A stretch of 64,000 bases of DNA from an uncultured virus (IMG/VR IMGVR_UViG_3300010348_001898) (Duplodnaviria > Heunggongvirae > Uroviricota > Caudoviricetes). The notes under the pieces were generated by a model. The model searched no databases, was not told the origin of the DNA, and saw only the letters and a list, made by a program, of their open reading frames with translations. The stretch spans positions 1 to 64,000 of IMG/VR virus record IMGVR_UViG_3300010348_001898, one strand, 5' to 3'. The position numbers were made by a program, and so were the translations under genes. Below are positions 27,181 to 37,989 of this stretch, in pieces; position 1 is the stretch's first letter; each line of letters starts with the position of its first letter.

Positions 27181-27800
27181 TAATATCCAGAAACAAGTGG
27201 TGGATTAATTGTAAATTGATTATCAATGTATTCATCAATGAAGTAGTCATAAACAAAATCAGCTTGTAGTGATTCTATAATATTGTTTTGAGACCAATCC
27301 ATAGTATAACCTTGTAACTTAGTAATTTGACAGTTTTGGAAAGTAACTCTTCTTAAAACAACACCTTTTTTATCGTGTTGATTAACAATAATAGTACCGA
27401 TAATATCACTTTTATAGTGAAGAGCACCATTTTGAGAGTTGAATACTAAGTCATACCATGCTTTCATAGTATTCCAGTTCTCCATAGAACCTTGTTGATT
27501 AACATTCACTTGGAAAGGAATTGATAATACACCAGAGGTTTTAGTTGGAGTAGTAACAAACTCTCTTGTAGAGTATTTGAATCTTTGTTGTTTAGTTACA
27601 ACGTCAAACTCTGTTAAGTTAAGATCAATCTTAGTTGAGTTTTGTAGCAATAAAATTGGATCTCTACCTTGTGCTTGTAAGATAACAGGTAAAATAAATG
27701 TTATCTCAAAAAGGTTAGTATATACAACTTCATCAGGTAATGTACCTGGTCCTCCAGGTGAACCTACGCCTTGTAATTGAGTAAAATGAGGTAAGGGCAT
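27180..27800 (-). CDS. tail tube protein (gp19-like)
   Basis: 206 aa; NLFEITF, MKAWYDLVFNSQNG, MDWS...ADFVYDYF pattern of T4-like tube proteins. Confidence 0.8.
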   Translation of the reverse strand: MPLPHFTQLQGVGSPGGPGTLPDEVVYTNLFEITFILPVILQAQGRDPILLLQNSTKIDLNLTEFDVVTKQQRFKYSTREFVTTPTKTSGVLSIPFQVNVNQQGSMENWNTMKAWYDLVFNSQNGALHYKSDIIGTIIVNQHDKKGVVLRRVTFQNCQITKLQGYTMDWSQNNIIESLQADFVYDYFIDEYIDNQFTINPPLVSGY

Positions 27801-27856
27801 AATTATATAGATTATTTTTTATAAAAATATATATTAATAATTTTTATTTCTCTAAG

Positions 27857-27887
27857 TATATATTTATTTCTAAAAGTCATTTTTTTC
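27857..27887 (-). promoter_or_regulatory. putative late promoter GAAAAAAATGA-N12-AATATATA
   Basis: Exact motif upstream of the tail tube gene. Confidence 0.6.
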
Positions 27888-27889
27888 TA

Positions 27890-28690
27890 TTATATGCTTT
27901 TGAAGAAGCCTTTTTTATATTTAATATTATTTTTTTTGCAAAAATTATATATTTTTCTCCAATGACAATCAAATATTTTTGAAATATCTAATATATTTAA
28001 TCCGGAATCAATTTTGTTGGTTAACTCCTCTATTGATATTTTTGATCTGTTGCTATTATATTTAACACCGGTATCTAATATTAATTTACATTTATCAAAC
28101 TTTCTTTTAAGACCAATTTCATAATTATTTGGATATAAAAAGTTATATAATTTTTTTATCTCATCATATTTTTTTATTCTTATAAATGAACTTTTATTAC
28201 CATTTTTACTCTCAACTTTTCTTATTTCATATTGTCCTATGTTTATTTTATCAAATAAGTTAATCATGTGTGACCAATCTTGCTCAAACGATGAGGTTAT
28301 ATAAAATTGCCTAATTCTATTCTTCTCATTAAAATAAAAACAACCGTCTCCATCTATTAGACCTAAGTAAAAATATCGTTTTAAACTATCTGGTATTATT
28401 TCTAATAATAGTGTTGGTGAGTTAGTACTCTTACTTATGTAGTATTTAGAGAAAAATGAATCATATATCTTTGTATTGCAGAAATATATTGTCTTTTGAG
28501 GTCTTCTATTTTTTCTATGTCTATCTATAGTGCATATTTTTAGAAATTTTACTTCCTTTATGTTATTTACTATTGTATCTGCATCATCCTTTAATATCTC
28601 TATTCCTATTCTATTTCTCTCAATAAAGCCGTCAGACCATAGAAATCCTAAAAAATAAACAAAATTTTTATCATATTCTATCATAAACAT
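27890..28690 (-). CDS. LAGLIDADG homing endonuclease
   Basis: Two motifs, YFLGFLWSDG and FYLGLIDGDG, plus C-terminal HTH-like segment. Confidence 0.88.
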   Translation of the reverse strand: MFMIEYDKNFVYFLGFLWSDGFIERNRIGIEILKDDADTIVNNIKEVKFLKICTIDRHRKNRRPQKTIYFCNTKIYDSFFSKYYISKSTNSPTLLLEIIPDSLKRYFYLGLIDGDGCFYFNEKNRIRQFYITSSFEQDWSHMINLFDKINIGQYEIRKVESKNGNKSSFIRIKKYDEIKKLYNFLYPNNYEIGLKRKFDKCKLILDTGVKYNSNRSKISIEELTNKIDSGLNILDISKIFDCHWRKIYNFCKKNNIKYKKGFFKSI

Positions 28691-28754
28691 TTATATTTTT
28701 TTAAGTATAATATATATAACTATATATAAAAATTATATAGTGTCCTTATACACA

Positions 28755-29876
28755 ATGAGTAAAATTTTTATGATCGGAGATACCCATATAGGGTTAGGCT
28801 TTCCTAATAACACAGATAAATGGTTTAAAGTACATAAACAATATTTTAGAGATTTTTTAATACCTTTATTAAAAAATAATGTAGGATGTAATGATATTAT
28901 AGTACATTTGGGAGATTTATTTGATAATCGTAATGTTATTCCTATAAACTTAATGAATTTTGCTTTAGATGTTGTTGAAGAGATTAGTAGAATAGCACCT
29001 TTTCATATAATTATAGGAAACCATGATCTTTATTCGAAAAGTACTAGTGAAATAAACTCCGTTAGACCTTTCAAACATATCGACAATGTATTCATTTACG
29101 ATAAACCAACTAAAATCAATTATAATAATATTGATATATTGATGATTCCATATATTGATAATAAAAAGGAATTAATAAGTATTATAAATGATAATAAAGA
29201 TTGTACTTATTTATTTTGTCATTCTGATTTGAATGGTGCAAAAATGCACTTAACATCAGTTGGTCATAAAAATTCCGATAAAATAGATATAGAAAATTTC
29301 AACCTTTTTAAGAAGGTTTATTCTGGTCATTATCATATAGTACAGCGTGAACAAAACTTTAATTTTGTTGGTTCTATCTTTCAAATGGATAGAAATGATT
29401 ATGGTGATCAAAAAGGTATTTTTGTTTTAGATACTGATACTGGTGAAGAAACATTTATTGAGAATAAAGTTTCACCTGTTTTTAAGAAGTTTAGAGTTAC
29501 TAATGAAGATGACATTGAGCAATTAGATAATCTAAAACTAACAAATGATTATATCGATTTATCTATATCAAATAGTTTATTAGTAAGTAATCGAAAACTA
29601 AGAAGAAAATTAGAAGTTATACTTGAAAGTAATAGTTTCTCATCTATTGAGTATTTAGATGATATTGTTGAGAAAGTAGATGTTGATTCGGAAGTTGAAG
29701 TAGCCATCGATGGTGAAAGTATTGATATATCTATACAATTAGATTATGCTGATTATATAAAAGAATATATTTCTAAGCAAAAATATGATAATCAAAACTT
29801 TAAGGATGGTTTGTTATCTGAGTATGATCAAGTGATAGATATTTACAATGAGGGATATAGAAACAAAAAAGAATAA
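28755..29876 (+). CDS. recombination nuclease, Mre11/SbcD-like (T4 gp47-like)
   Basis: Metallophosphoesterase motifs GDTHIG, LGDLFD, IGNHD, SGHYH. Confidence 0.9.
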   Translation: MSKIFMIGDTHIGLGFPNNTDKWFKVHKQYFRDFLIPLLKNNVGCNDIIVHLGDLFDNRNVIPINLMNFALDVVEEISRIAPFHIIIGNHDLYSKSTSEINSVRPFKHIDNVFIYDKPTKINYNNIDILMIPYIDNKKELISIINDNKDCTYLFCHSDLNGAKMHLTSVGHKNSDKIDIENFNLFKKVYSGHYHIVQREQNFNFVGSIFQMDRNDYGDQKGIFVLDTDTGEETFIENKVSPVFKKFRVTNEDDIEQLDNLKLTNDYIDLSISNSLLVSNRKLRRKLEVILESNSFSSIEYLDDIVEKVDVDSEVEVAIDGESIDISIQLDYADYIKEYISKQKYDNQNFKDGLLSEYDQVIDIYNEGYRNKKE

Positions 29877-29894
29877 GTAAACTTATTCTTTTTT
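29865..29894. terminator. bidirectional intrinsic terminator
   Basis: AAAAAAGAATAAGT-AA-ACTTATTCTTTTTT. Confidence 0.7.
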
Positions 29895-29903
29895 TTTATT
29901 TTT

Positions 29904-30254
29904 CTATACTGAGAAGTAAAGTAAGATTATAGTTCCTAATACACCTCCATAAGAACCCATTCTTATATCTGTCATACTAAATGGAGCTCCTTTTACTGCA
30001 TAATACCATTCTCTAGCAAAGTTTACAACAAAAGCACCAAATCCACCTATAAACATTTGAAATAGATAAGGTGTCTCATCTAAGTAAGCATATTCTCTTA
30101 GAAACCACACTGCTCCTATTGTTAAAAACATACTTAAAAACAAGTGTAAATAGTATCTTTCTGTTATGAATTTTTTTGTGAATATTTCTTTAATATCTAA
30201 GATATATTCTTTTGCGTGTTGAAACACTACTGGACAAATTGTACATTTTATCAT
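29904..30254 (-). CDS. small multi-pass membrane protein
   Basis: Three hydrophobic segments. Confidence 0.7.
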   Translation of the reverse strand: MIKCTICPVVFQHAKEYILDIKEIFTKKFITERYYLHLFLSMFLTIGAVWFLREYAYLDETPYLFQMFIGGFGAFVVNFAREWYYAVKGAPFSMTDIRMGSYGGVLGTIILLYFSV

Positions 30255-30276
30255 TTTTATTTAATTATTTTTTAGT

Positions 30277-30546
30277 CTATTGAAAGATTTTAGTCAATTT
30301 TATTTTAAGATTATTATTTCCTTTTATAACTCTATGATAAACACCCATCGGTATAAAAATTTGACCTTCTATCTTTTTTGGTAGTTCATTATCAATTTGA
30401 ATTAACCAATCTGTATCATTAATAGATTCAATTATTCTATCTTCTCTATCTCTATGCCATCTATACTCTCCGGAGTCAGTATCTTGACTAAACTCTCTAA
30501 TGAAAGTATTTTTTGAGATTACTTGTTCGTTAAATGGTAGTCCCAT
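30277..30546 (-). CDS. cupin-like small protein
   Basis: WHRDREDR...IFIPMGVYHRVIKG cupin-type His motifs. Confidence 0.7.
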   Translation of the reverse strand: MGLPFNEQVISKNTFIREFSQDTDSGEYRWHRDREDRIIESINDTDWLIQIDNELPKKIEGQIFIPMGVYHRVIKGNNNLKIKLTKIFQ

Positions 30547-30547
30547 G

Positions 30548-30937
30548 CTATTTTAGAGTAATTATTTTCACACTATGTCTATCAGGTATATAACCCGTGA
30601 AATCACGATTAATAGTTTCAATATTATATTTTTTTTCTTTAGATAATCTCTGCCAAACAATTGCTGCTTGTTTTGATCTATTACCACTTGATATAATAGC
30701 TTTAATACCATTATTAAATAAATAATCAATACTTAGTTTTATAAATTGATAACCATCAACAGATTTATCATCTTTCATATATCCAATTATATACACCGTA
30801 TCATTTTCTCTATTAAGAAAGTCAAATACCCCACATCTTTTATCACCATTGTACCAAGTTAATGAATTTCTATTGGGTTCTTTTTCTACTCTATAAGAAT
30901 CGGTTATACTTTCATTTAAGAATCTTAAATATTTCAT
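30548..30937 (-). CDS. hypothetical protein (possible GNAT-like fold) with capsid-targeting-like leader
   Basis: Starts MKYLRFLNES; SKQAAIVWQRL resembles a GNAT motif B. Confidence 0.6.
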   Translation of the reverse strand: MKYLRFLNESITDSYRVEKEPNRNSLTWYNGDKRCGVFDFLNRENDTVYIIGYMKDDKSVDGYQFIKLSIDYLFNNGIKAIISSGNRSKQAAIVWQRLSKEKKYNIETINRDFTGYIPDRHSVKIITLK

Positions 30938-31575
30938 TCTATGTATATTTTTTTATGATTATTACTATTATTGAAAAAATCTAAATATTTTTCTTCAAAT
31001 CCTTTTTTACATATCACTGCAAATGTTGAATTTGAACTTTCTTTATTATAACCAATTCCTGAGTAATAATTAAATGTATATCCTGTAATATTTTTACTTA
31101 AAAAATTAAAATTAATCTTAGATCTTTTATTCATATTTGATATTAAACATTTTTCACCTTTCATATTTATATGCCAAATAGTTATACACTCTGGTGAATA
31201 TTCTTCTATAAATTTTTTTGTTATATAACTAATTATGGATATAATTTTTAGTGCATTTTTTCCAACTTGTATAAAACCTGATGAGTAATCAAAAGATGAT
31301 TTATAATTTTTTGAATCAACATCATAGTCTCTTGTCCATTTATTGGATTTTCCAATGTGATTAAATATAACATGCCAATCAAATCCTTCAAAATTGAAAA
31401 AATACTCTACTCTATCACTATCTACCTTTTTAGTAAAATTAATAGGAGTTAGACCAAAATTTAGTTCTTCAAATAATCTTAAATATTTTATACGTCCAAA
31501 ACCTTTACTTCTATTGAATTTATTACAGAAGTCTGAGATATTTACAAATTCTTCAAATAATTTTATCATATTCAT
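30934..31575 (-). CDS. hypothetical protein with duplicated capsid-targeting-like leader
   Basis: MNMIKLFEEF and a second copy IKYLRLFEEL. Confidence 0.75.
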   Translation of the reverse strand: MNMIKLFEEFVNISDFCNKFNRSKGFGRIKYLRLFEELNFGLTPINFTKKVDSDRVEYFFNFEGFDWHVIFNHIGKSNKWTRDYDVDSKNYKSSFDYSSGFIQVGKNALKIISIISYITKKFIEEYSPECITIWHINMKGEKCLISNMNKRSKINFNFLSKNITGYTFNYYSGIGYNKESSNSTFAVICKKGFEEKYLDFFNNSNNHKKIYIE

Positions 31576-31587
31576 AATTATTTATTT

Positions 31588-32166
31588 TTACCAATAGCCG
31601 GGATATGTTTTACCACCAAATAAGTGACCATATTTATTTATTCTACAAGCCCAATAACCTGCTTTGGTTTTATCTTTTTTCATATCGCAATTATGTCTAG
31701 CAGCAAATGCTTTTCTTGCTTTAGGATCGCTTACCTTAGCTGTTAAGCCACCGTGTACATCACCAAATGCAATTTTTTTAACTTTACCTGTTTTAGGATT
31801 TTTAACATAAACATGATACTTTTTAGTACCACCTCTCATAGGATAATTTAGCTTAACTTCTCTTCCTTGATATTCTGCTTCATTTAGCTCTATTATTGTT
31901 TCCATTGGTAAATCCAAAGGAACTATTTGACCTTCATATTCTGCAAAGTGACCTATATCAGTGGATTCAAACAATTCTTGATCCAATTCTGATAACTCAA
32001 TTTGATTACTATCAAATAGCTGTCTTGCTTCTTTGATCAAATCAAAGTATTTATTAGATCCAGGTCTGAATACATTTTCAGTAATAGACATTTTATGATC
32101 TATATGATATTGTAAATCTTCTGATATGATACCATTAAATGATTCAAATAGTTTTAAATATTTCAT
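31588..32166 (-). CDS. conserved phage protein with capsid-targeting-like leader and basic C-terminal domain
   Basis: MKYLKLFESF; KKIAFGD...RKAFAARHNC...AGYWAC. Confidence 0.8.
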   Translation of the reverse strand: MKYLKLFESFNGIISEDLQYHIDHKMSITENVFRPGSNKYFDLIKEARQLFDSNQIELSELDQELFESTDIGHFAEYEGQIVPLDLPMETIIELNEAEYQGREVKLNYPMRGGTKKYHVYVKNPKTGKVKKIAFGDVHGGLTAKVSDPKARKAFAARHNCDMKKDKTKAGYWACRINKYGHLFGGKTYPGYW

Positions 32167-32244
32167 TTTTGAAATTATTTTTAATTATATATTAAATATG
32201 CGGAACCTATTTTTTAATATATAAATAAAACTCAGATAAACTAA

Positions 32245-35200
32245 ATGTCAACTCATAAAAACTTACATTTTTTTAACAAACAAGGGGATAGTCTAAATTT
32301 CAAATATGACGAAAATTTAGAAATATTTCAAGGAGATATACTTTTTGATGAAAACTCAACAGATACATTTAAGACTTACGCATTATATACATTAGAACAA
32401 GTTCCAAGTTTTAATTTTTATTCACCTGGTGAATTAGGTACAAACAAATTTCAACTATTTAATGAATATGGTATTCATTTTTATGGTGCTACTACATCAT
32501 CTTTTAGAATAGATAGATTAGAACCAGCTAATAATGATCCTAACTTTTACTCTAAATGGATTTATGGTCATAATTTTGAATCTATATTTCCGGTGGGTAC
32601 TCTAATCAGGTTTAATAACTCTATGTTAGAGTTTACCAATCCTGATCAAACTTATGTAGTTACTGGAACAAAAAAAGGAGCAATTCTTATAATAAGTGGT
32701 GTTGATAATGCTACATTTGAATCTACATACAGTCAACAATATTTAGATACCAATTTCTATTTAGGTAAAACAATATCTGGGATTAATGCTGTTGGTGTTT
32801 ATAATTATATCAATAGTGAATATGTTAATCAATTATCTATTTGGAATGAGCCTAACTTTTATGATAAGCTTTATAAAGGTAAAAAGTTAAATGTAGTTCA
32901 TTCAGATAAAAATGATGGTATTTATACGGTAAAGGGACCTGAGGTAACAGATGTTTTACACTATGAGTATATACTAAATGAAGCAAGTTTACCTGTTGAC
33001 TCTAATTTAATCATCGAAGTTTTATTGGGTACTGATTTACCTAAGTTATATGATGGTGGTGTTAATATAAATGACTCTGGTAAAATATACTTAATTGATT
33101 ATATTAATTTTCCAAGAACTTTAAGATCTGGTCAAGAGTTTAAGGTTGTGGGTTCATCTTTCAATCAAAACTTTTTTACAGTTGCTGATATTTATAACTT
33201 TCAATCTAATACAAGTATTAAGTTTTATAATTTAGATGAGCAAGTTTTATATAATGGAGTTTTGTATCAGTGTATTCAATCTTATACACATAGTTATGCT
33301 GATGACTTAACTAGATTTATAACACCTATAAATAGTCCTGATTATTGGTCACATCCAACTTATATTGGAGTAAACGAACCAACAACGGATGAGTCACTAC
33401 TTTTTGCACAGATATACTTAACTAAAGATAGATATTATTATGAGTATGGTTTTACTCAATCAGCAGAAGTAACATTAGCTTCCACTGCTGAAAAATATGC
33501 ATCAGATTTAGATGTTTTTGATATTGATTTATATTATCAAAATGGTTATCTAAAGGCTGATCCGAAATACCCAAGTAAATATGTTACTGTTAATTTCTAT
33601 CATACTGATGTTGATACTAATTACTTAATTGGTACGTCAACAAAAACATTTGAAAGATTAATTGAAGTTGATGAGCAGTTATTAAGAGAGTTTAACTATG
33701 ATTATTCAGAAAACTATAAATTTAGTGTAGTTTTTACTGACTTAGATGAGTATGGTCTAAAGGTTATTATAAATAAAATGATTTATGATGAGCAGATCGC
33801 CTGGGTTTACAACGGTGTTAATGTTGATATGTTAAGAACAGTTGATAGAACATTAAGAAATTGGTTAACAAGAAATTATTTAACACTTTATAGATTAGGT
33901 ATTAATGTTGAATTAGATTATACTTATGTGACTGGTGGTCCTGCCACATCATTATTTGTTAATTCTATCATAATAAAAACAGAATATCCTAATGTTCCTA
34001 TTGTAATAAATGATGTATTAGTTGGTACAACTGCAAACTATTTTATCGAGCACTCAAGAGTTATTTTTGATGACTTAGGTCCATCACTTAACATAAATAT
34101 AAATGGTAATGACTATTTTGTTCAGTCAGTTACATCAAGTTTATCTACTTCTACATATTCGGTAGTTGATATACCTGCTACAATACAAGCTTGGAGTGAT
34201 TTATATGCTACTAATTTGCTAGATTTTGGTTATATTTTTGAAAATATTAATAATGTATTAAAAATAAGCTTAAAACAAGTAGATAATAATTTTAGCTATA
34301 AGATTACTACTGGTAGATTAAATCTACCACAATTAAGTGACTTTAGAATAATTGATAAAATCAAGGGTAATTTTGGTTGTTTAGTTGCTTCTAACGAAGT
34401 CATACTTTCTGCAACATCATCATTCTCTTTTGAGAATGAAGGATTTGCAACTGGAATGGTATTTTCTCTAAATAACACAGAATGGCCTCTAATGAATGTT
34501 GAATATAATATTGAATTTTTAGATCCTAATGTTCTTAATTTAAGTTATCAAGGTCCTTTCTGGGATGTTAATAATTTTATATGTGATAAATCACCGTTTG
34601 TCACTATTGCATTTAACTTAGGATTTGGTCAAACTGGTTGTGGACCGATAGGCACAACTGGTACTTCGGGTCAATTTGATGCATATGGATTCAGTGCATC
34701 TCAGTTTAATATAAATTTCTATCCTAATTCATATGAGCTTTATGATTATGATATTATAGCTAATGCTGTTGATATTAAATATCTTCAATATTCTAATTCA
34801 ATATATGTTTTAGGTGATGATTTAGCGGTCTATGATTCATATACTATGAATTTTATAACTAATATTGAGCTATCTGGTAATATTAACCCTATTAAGATAG
34901 AGTTTAATCCTATAAATTGTTATTTATATTGCTTATCCGAGAATAAAGTTTGGGTTATAGATCCTGCGATTAATTTGTTGATTAGTTCGTTTAACTTATT
35001 GGATGATGCTTTTGATCTACAAATTTGTCCGGTTAATGGAGATGTTTATATTTCTTATGTAAATGCTTTTTATGTTGATATTTATTTATATAACTCTTTT
35101 ACATCATATAATTTCAGAGTTTCAAACATTTATGGTAATACTGGTAAGTTTGCTTATAATGACTTTGAGAATAGTATGTATGTTACTACTGACGCTGATT

Positions 35201-37962
35201 ATGTAATTAAGATTAATTGTAGCACAAGACAAGAAGATGATGTTTATAATGTACTTGGTTTACTTCCAACTATTGTTTATGAGTCAGCGCAAGAATCTAT
35301 ATATGTTTATGGTTCATCAAATCTTTATAGAATAAATGATGGTATTTTATCTACTACTACTTTTACATCTCAGTCGTTTAATGATATTATTTATAATCCG
35401 CTAACAAGTGAGATGAATATATCTGATTCATCTAGTCAATTTACAAGATATTCAATTGATGATCAAATATTAAATCAGTCTGCTATAGCAAACTATGGTT
35501 ATATCGCACTTAGTCCTTATGATGGTGCTGCTTATATATCTTCTCAAAGCTCTAATTCTATTGTTACAATTGATTCTGCTACTGGTGATTTAGTTTTCTT
35601 ACATAGCTTAATGGCACCAACAACCAAGATTATTTATAACCCTGATAAGAAAACTATATTAGCTATACAACCATCTACAAATAAAGTAGTTGAGATTAAA
35701 GTAATAATAAATAATCAGCTTGTTGAGAATCAAATAAGTTCTAATCTTATTAATGATGGTTTATATGGTTCATTAGACCCTAACTTTGTTAATTATGATG
35801 ATATTTGGTTAAAAACAAGAGATTATTTTAGAAGACCACGTGAGAATTTTAATGGTGAAAGTAAAATAACTTATTACTTTAAGTGGTTCTCAGATAATGT
35901 ACCACAATTCTTTTTATATGATTTCTCAGGAGAACAATTAAGTAGAACAACAACAGGTTCTTATTCATATACTGGTCAGACACCTTTGCCAACAGTTGTA
36001 TTAAATGATAAACCTAATAATGATATTAGTAAGGTTTCTATGTCTGAGTTTCAGCAAACAATATTTGATACAATTGAGTATGAATTGAGTTATATAGATG
36101 ATTTGAATGATGTATCTACTAAAGTAGAACCTTTACAACTATTTGTTGGGTTTAATTCTTCTAATGAAGGAGCATTAAGATCTATATTACAGCTATATAA
36201 GAGAGAAGAGATTGAGTTTACTTTAATTTCGGGAACAATGGGTCATGTTACCTTAAGTACATTAGATCCAGAAGGTGATAAAAGAGGTTTAATTGAAATT
36301 AGTAATACATCTGGTGATTATTTCTCTGATAAGGGATTAAAAGCCGGTCAACATATCGCTATTTTTATTAAAGATAATACAAGTCAAAGAAATCAATATT
36401 TATCAAATAATAATGGTACTTTATTAAAAATACGAGAAGTTCATCCAAAATCATTAATTGTTGATTTCTTTAATACACAAACTGATATTTTAGAATATGA
36501 GAAAACATTGGTTAATCATCCAAAAGAAACAGATATACTTTATTTAGACTTTACTATTAAAGTAGTCGATAAAGAAATCGGTAGATTCTTTACTTATGGT
36601 CAAACAGAGGAAGAAGATATTCGTTTTAAGATTGAATTAGGTAATGTTGGTAAATTAATTGCACCGGAAGATGTATTCATATTCAAAGAATATGATATTG
36701 AAGAAGGTGGTATTGATTGGATTTATCTTAATAGAAAGCGTAAAGAGATGCTTATGATGAAGCATTTGATATATCCTTATATTGGATCTTATAAATCAAT
36801 TATTAATGCGATTAATTTCTTTGGATTCAATGATTTGCAATTAAATGAGTATTATAGAAATGTTGATCCTGATTCAATTAATTTCCTTAAATTATTTAAG
36901 GTTGAAATTCCGGATATATTTGATAACTCTGTTGAAGGATGGACTGAGAATGATTTTATTAAGCATTTACTACCAAGTGATAATTTTGAAACAACAAATT
37001 TATTTAATCTTAATTACTTTATAACTGATAAATCTGGAAATAATATCTTAAACTATACTTTAGATGAAGTTATAATTAAGTTACAAGGATTAAAATACTG
37101 GTTAAAGAAAAATATTATACCTTTAACGCATAAGATACAAGACATTACAGGTAATGCTTATTTTAGTGGTATAAATCAAATACAACATAAAGTTTTAGAT
37201 GTTAGTGTTTTCAATATACATGAAAATATGACACCAATTTCATTCAAATTAGATGAAGCTTATCTTATGCCGGTTAACAGTGGTTCGACTGTTTATAACT
37301 GTGTTTTAGACTTCTATTCTATAATTCCAAATATTGGTGCAGATAAAACTAAAAATGGTTTAGTTGAGCCACCAAAACCTTATAATGGTGTTAGCTTATC
37401 TTTGCCTGATTATTTTATAGTTAAGATAAGAACTTATAAGACATATAAAGAATGGGCTCCATTTAAGGTTTATTCTATTGGTGATAGAGTTACTTATTAT
37501 GGAAAATTATATGAATCTACAAAAGATATTAATAAAGTAAACAGTCCAAGAAGATATGAGGATGTTCCTTTATGGGTTTCTAATACATTATATGAGCCAG
37601 CTACTATTATAGGATATAATAGAGAGTATTATTCTGCTCTAAATGCTACTCAATCAACAACACCTCCATTAAATGATACTACTAACTGGGTTAATATTTC
37701 ATTTTGGAAAGAAATCGATTGGGATCCGGTTCAAACAATTACTGAATTCAGACAAGGTTCTAATTTATTACCTTTCAATTTTACTATTGATTCTAATATT
37801 GATCCTTTTATTACTGTTGAAGTAACTTCTGATAATGGTTATGGTTCTGTTTATTGTGATAAAAAGAATTATGAGATAAGAGGATTAAAGGATTTACAAG
37901 AGCCATATCAAGATATTGAACCAATTGGTCCATTTCAACCAATAGTTTATATAACAGCATAA
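32245..37962 (+). CDS. very large baseplate wedge/tail-associated protein with beta-propeller repeats and CBM-like modules
   Basis: 1905 aa; repeated (Y/F)NP blades; YNLDEQVLYNGVLYQC and YSIGDRVTYYGKLYES CBM5/12-like motifs; IGSYKSIINAINFFG wedge-like motif. Confidence 0.65.
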   Translation: MSTHKNLHFFNKQGDSLNFKYDENLEIFQGDILFDENSTDTFKTYALYTLEQVPSFNFYSPGELGTNKFQLFNEYGIHFYGATTSSFRIDRLEPANNDPNFYSKWIYGHNFESIFPVGTLIRFNNSMLEFTNPDQTYVVTGTKKGAILIISGVDNATFESTYSQQYLDTNFYLGKTISGINAVGVYNYINSEYVNQLSIWNEPNFYDKLYKGKKLNVVHSDKNDGIYTVKGPEVTDVLHYEYILNEASLPVDSNLIIEVLLGTDLPKLYDGGVNINDSGKIYLIDYINFPRTLRSGQEFKVVGSSFNQNFFTVADIYNFQSNTSIKFYNLDEQVLYNGVLYQCIQSYTHSYADDLTRFITPINSPDYWSHPTYIGVNEPTTDESLLFAQIYLTKDRYYYEYGFTQSAEVTLASTAEKYASDLDVFDIDLYYQNGYLKADPKYPSKYVTVNFYHTDVDTNYLIGTSTKTFERLIEVDEQLLREFNYDYSENYKFSVVFTDLDEYGLKVIINKMIYDEQIAWVYNGVNVDMLRTVDRTLRNWLTRNYLTLYRLGINVELDYTYVTGGPATSLFVNSIIIKTEYPNVPIVINDVLVGTTANYFIEHSRVIFDDLGPSLNININGNDYFVQSVTSSLSTSTYSVVDIPATIQAWSDLYATNLLDFGYIFENINNVLKISLKQVDNNFSYKITTGRLNLPQLSDFRIIDKIKGNFGCLVASNEVILSATSSFSFENEGFATGMVFSLNNTEWPLMNVEYNIEFLDPNVLNLSYQGPFWDVNNFICDKSPFVTIAFNLGFGQTGCGPIGTTGTSGQFDAYGFSASQFNINFYPNSYELYDYDIIANAVDIKYLQYSNSIYVLGDDLAVYDSYTMNFITNIELSGNINPIKIEFNPINCYLYCLSENKVWVIDPAINLLISSFNLLDDAFDLQICPVNGDVYISYVNAFYVDIYLYNSFTSYNFRVSNIYGNTGKFAYNDFENSMYVTTDADYVIKINCSTRQEDDVYNVLGLLPTIVYESAQESIYVYGSSNLYRINDGILSTTTFTSQSFNDIIYNPLTSEMNISDSSSQFTRYSIDDQILNQSAIANYGYIALSPYDGAAYISSQSSNSIVTIDSATGDLVFLHSLMAPTTKIIYNPDKKTILAIQPSTNKVVEIKVIINNQLVENQISSNLINDGLYGSLDPNFVNYDDIWLKTRDYFRRPRENFNGESKITYYFKWFSDNVPQFFLYDFSGEQLSRTTTGSYSYTGQTPLPTVVLNDKPNNDISKVSMSEFQQTIFDTIEYELSYIDDLNDVSTKVEPLQLFVGFNSSNEGALRSILQLYKREEIEFTLISGTMGHVTLSTLDPEGDKRGLIEISNTSGDYFSDKGLKAGQHIAIFIKDNTSQRNQYLSNNNGTLLKIREVHPKSLIVDFFNTQTDILEYEKTLVNHPKETDILYLDFTIKVVDKEIGRFFTYGQTEEEDIRFKIELGNVGKLIAPEDVFIFKEYDIEEGGIDWIYLNRKRKEMLMMKHLIYPYIGSYKSIINAINFFGFNDLQLNEYYRNVDPDSINFLKLFKVEIPDIFDNSVEGWTENDFIKHLLPSDNFETTNLFNLNYFITDKSGNNILNYTLDEVIIKLQGLKYWLKKNIIPLTHKIQDITGNAYFSGINQIQHKVLDVSVFNIHENMTPISFKLDEAYLMPVNSGSTVYNCVLDFYSIIPNIGADKTKNGLVEPPKPYNGVSLSLPDYFIVKIRTYKTYKEWAPFKVYSIGDRVTYYGKLYESTKDINKVNSPRRYEDVPLWVSNTLYEPATIIGYNREYYSALNATQSTTPPLNDTTNWVNISFWKEIDWDPVQTITEFRQGSNLLPFNFTIDSNIDPFITVEVTSDNGYGSVYCDKKNYEIRGLKDLQEPYQDIEPIGPFQPIVYITA

Positions 37963-37989
37963 AAAAATCCCTCATAAGAGGGATTTTTT
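37962..37989. terminator. bidirectional intrinsic terminator
   Basis: AAAAAATCCCTC-ATAA-GAGGGATTTTTT. Confidence 0.8.
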
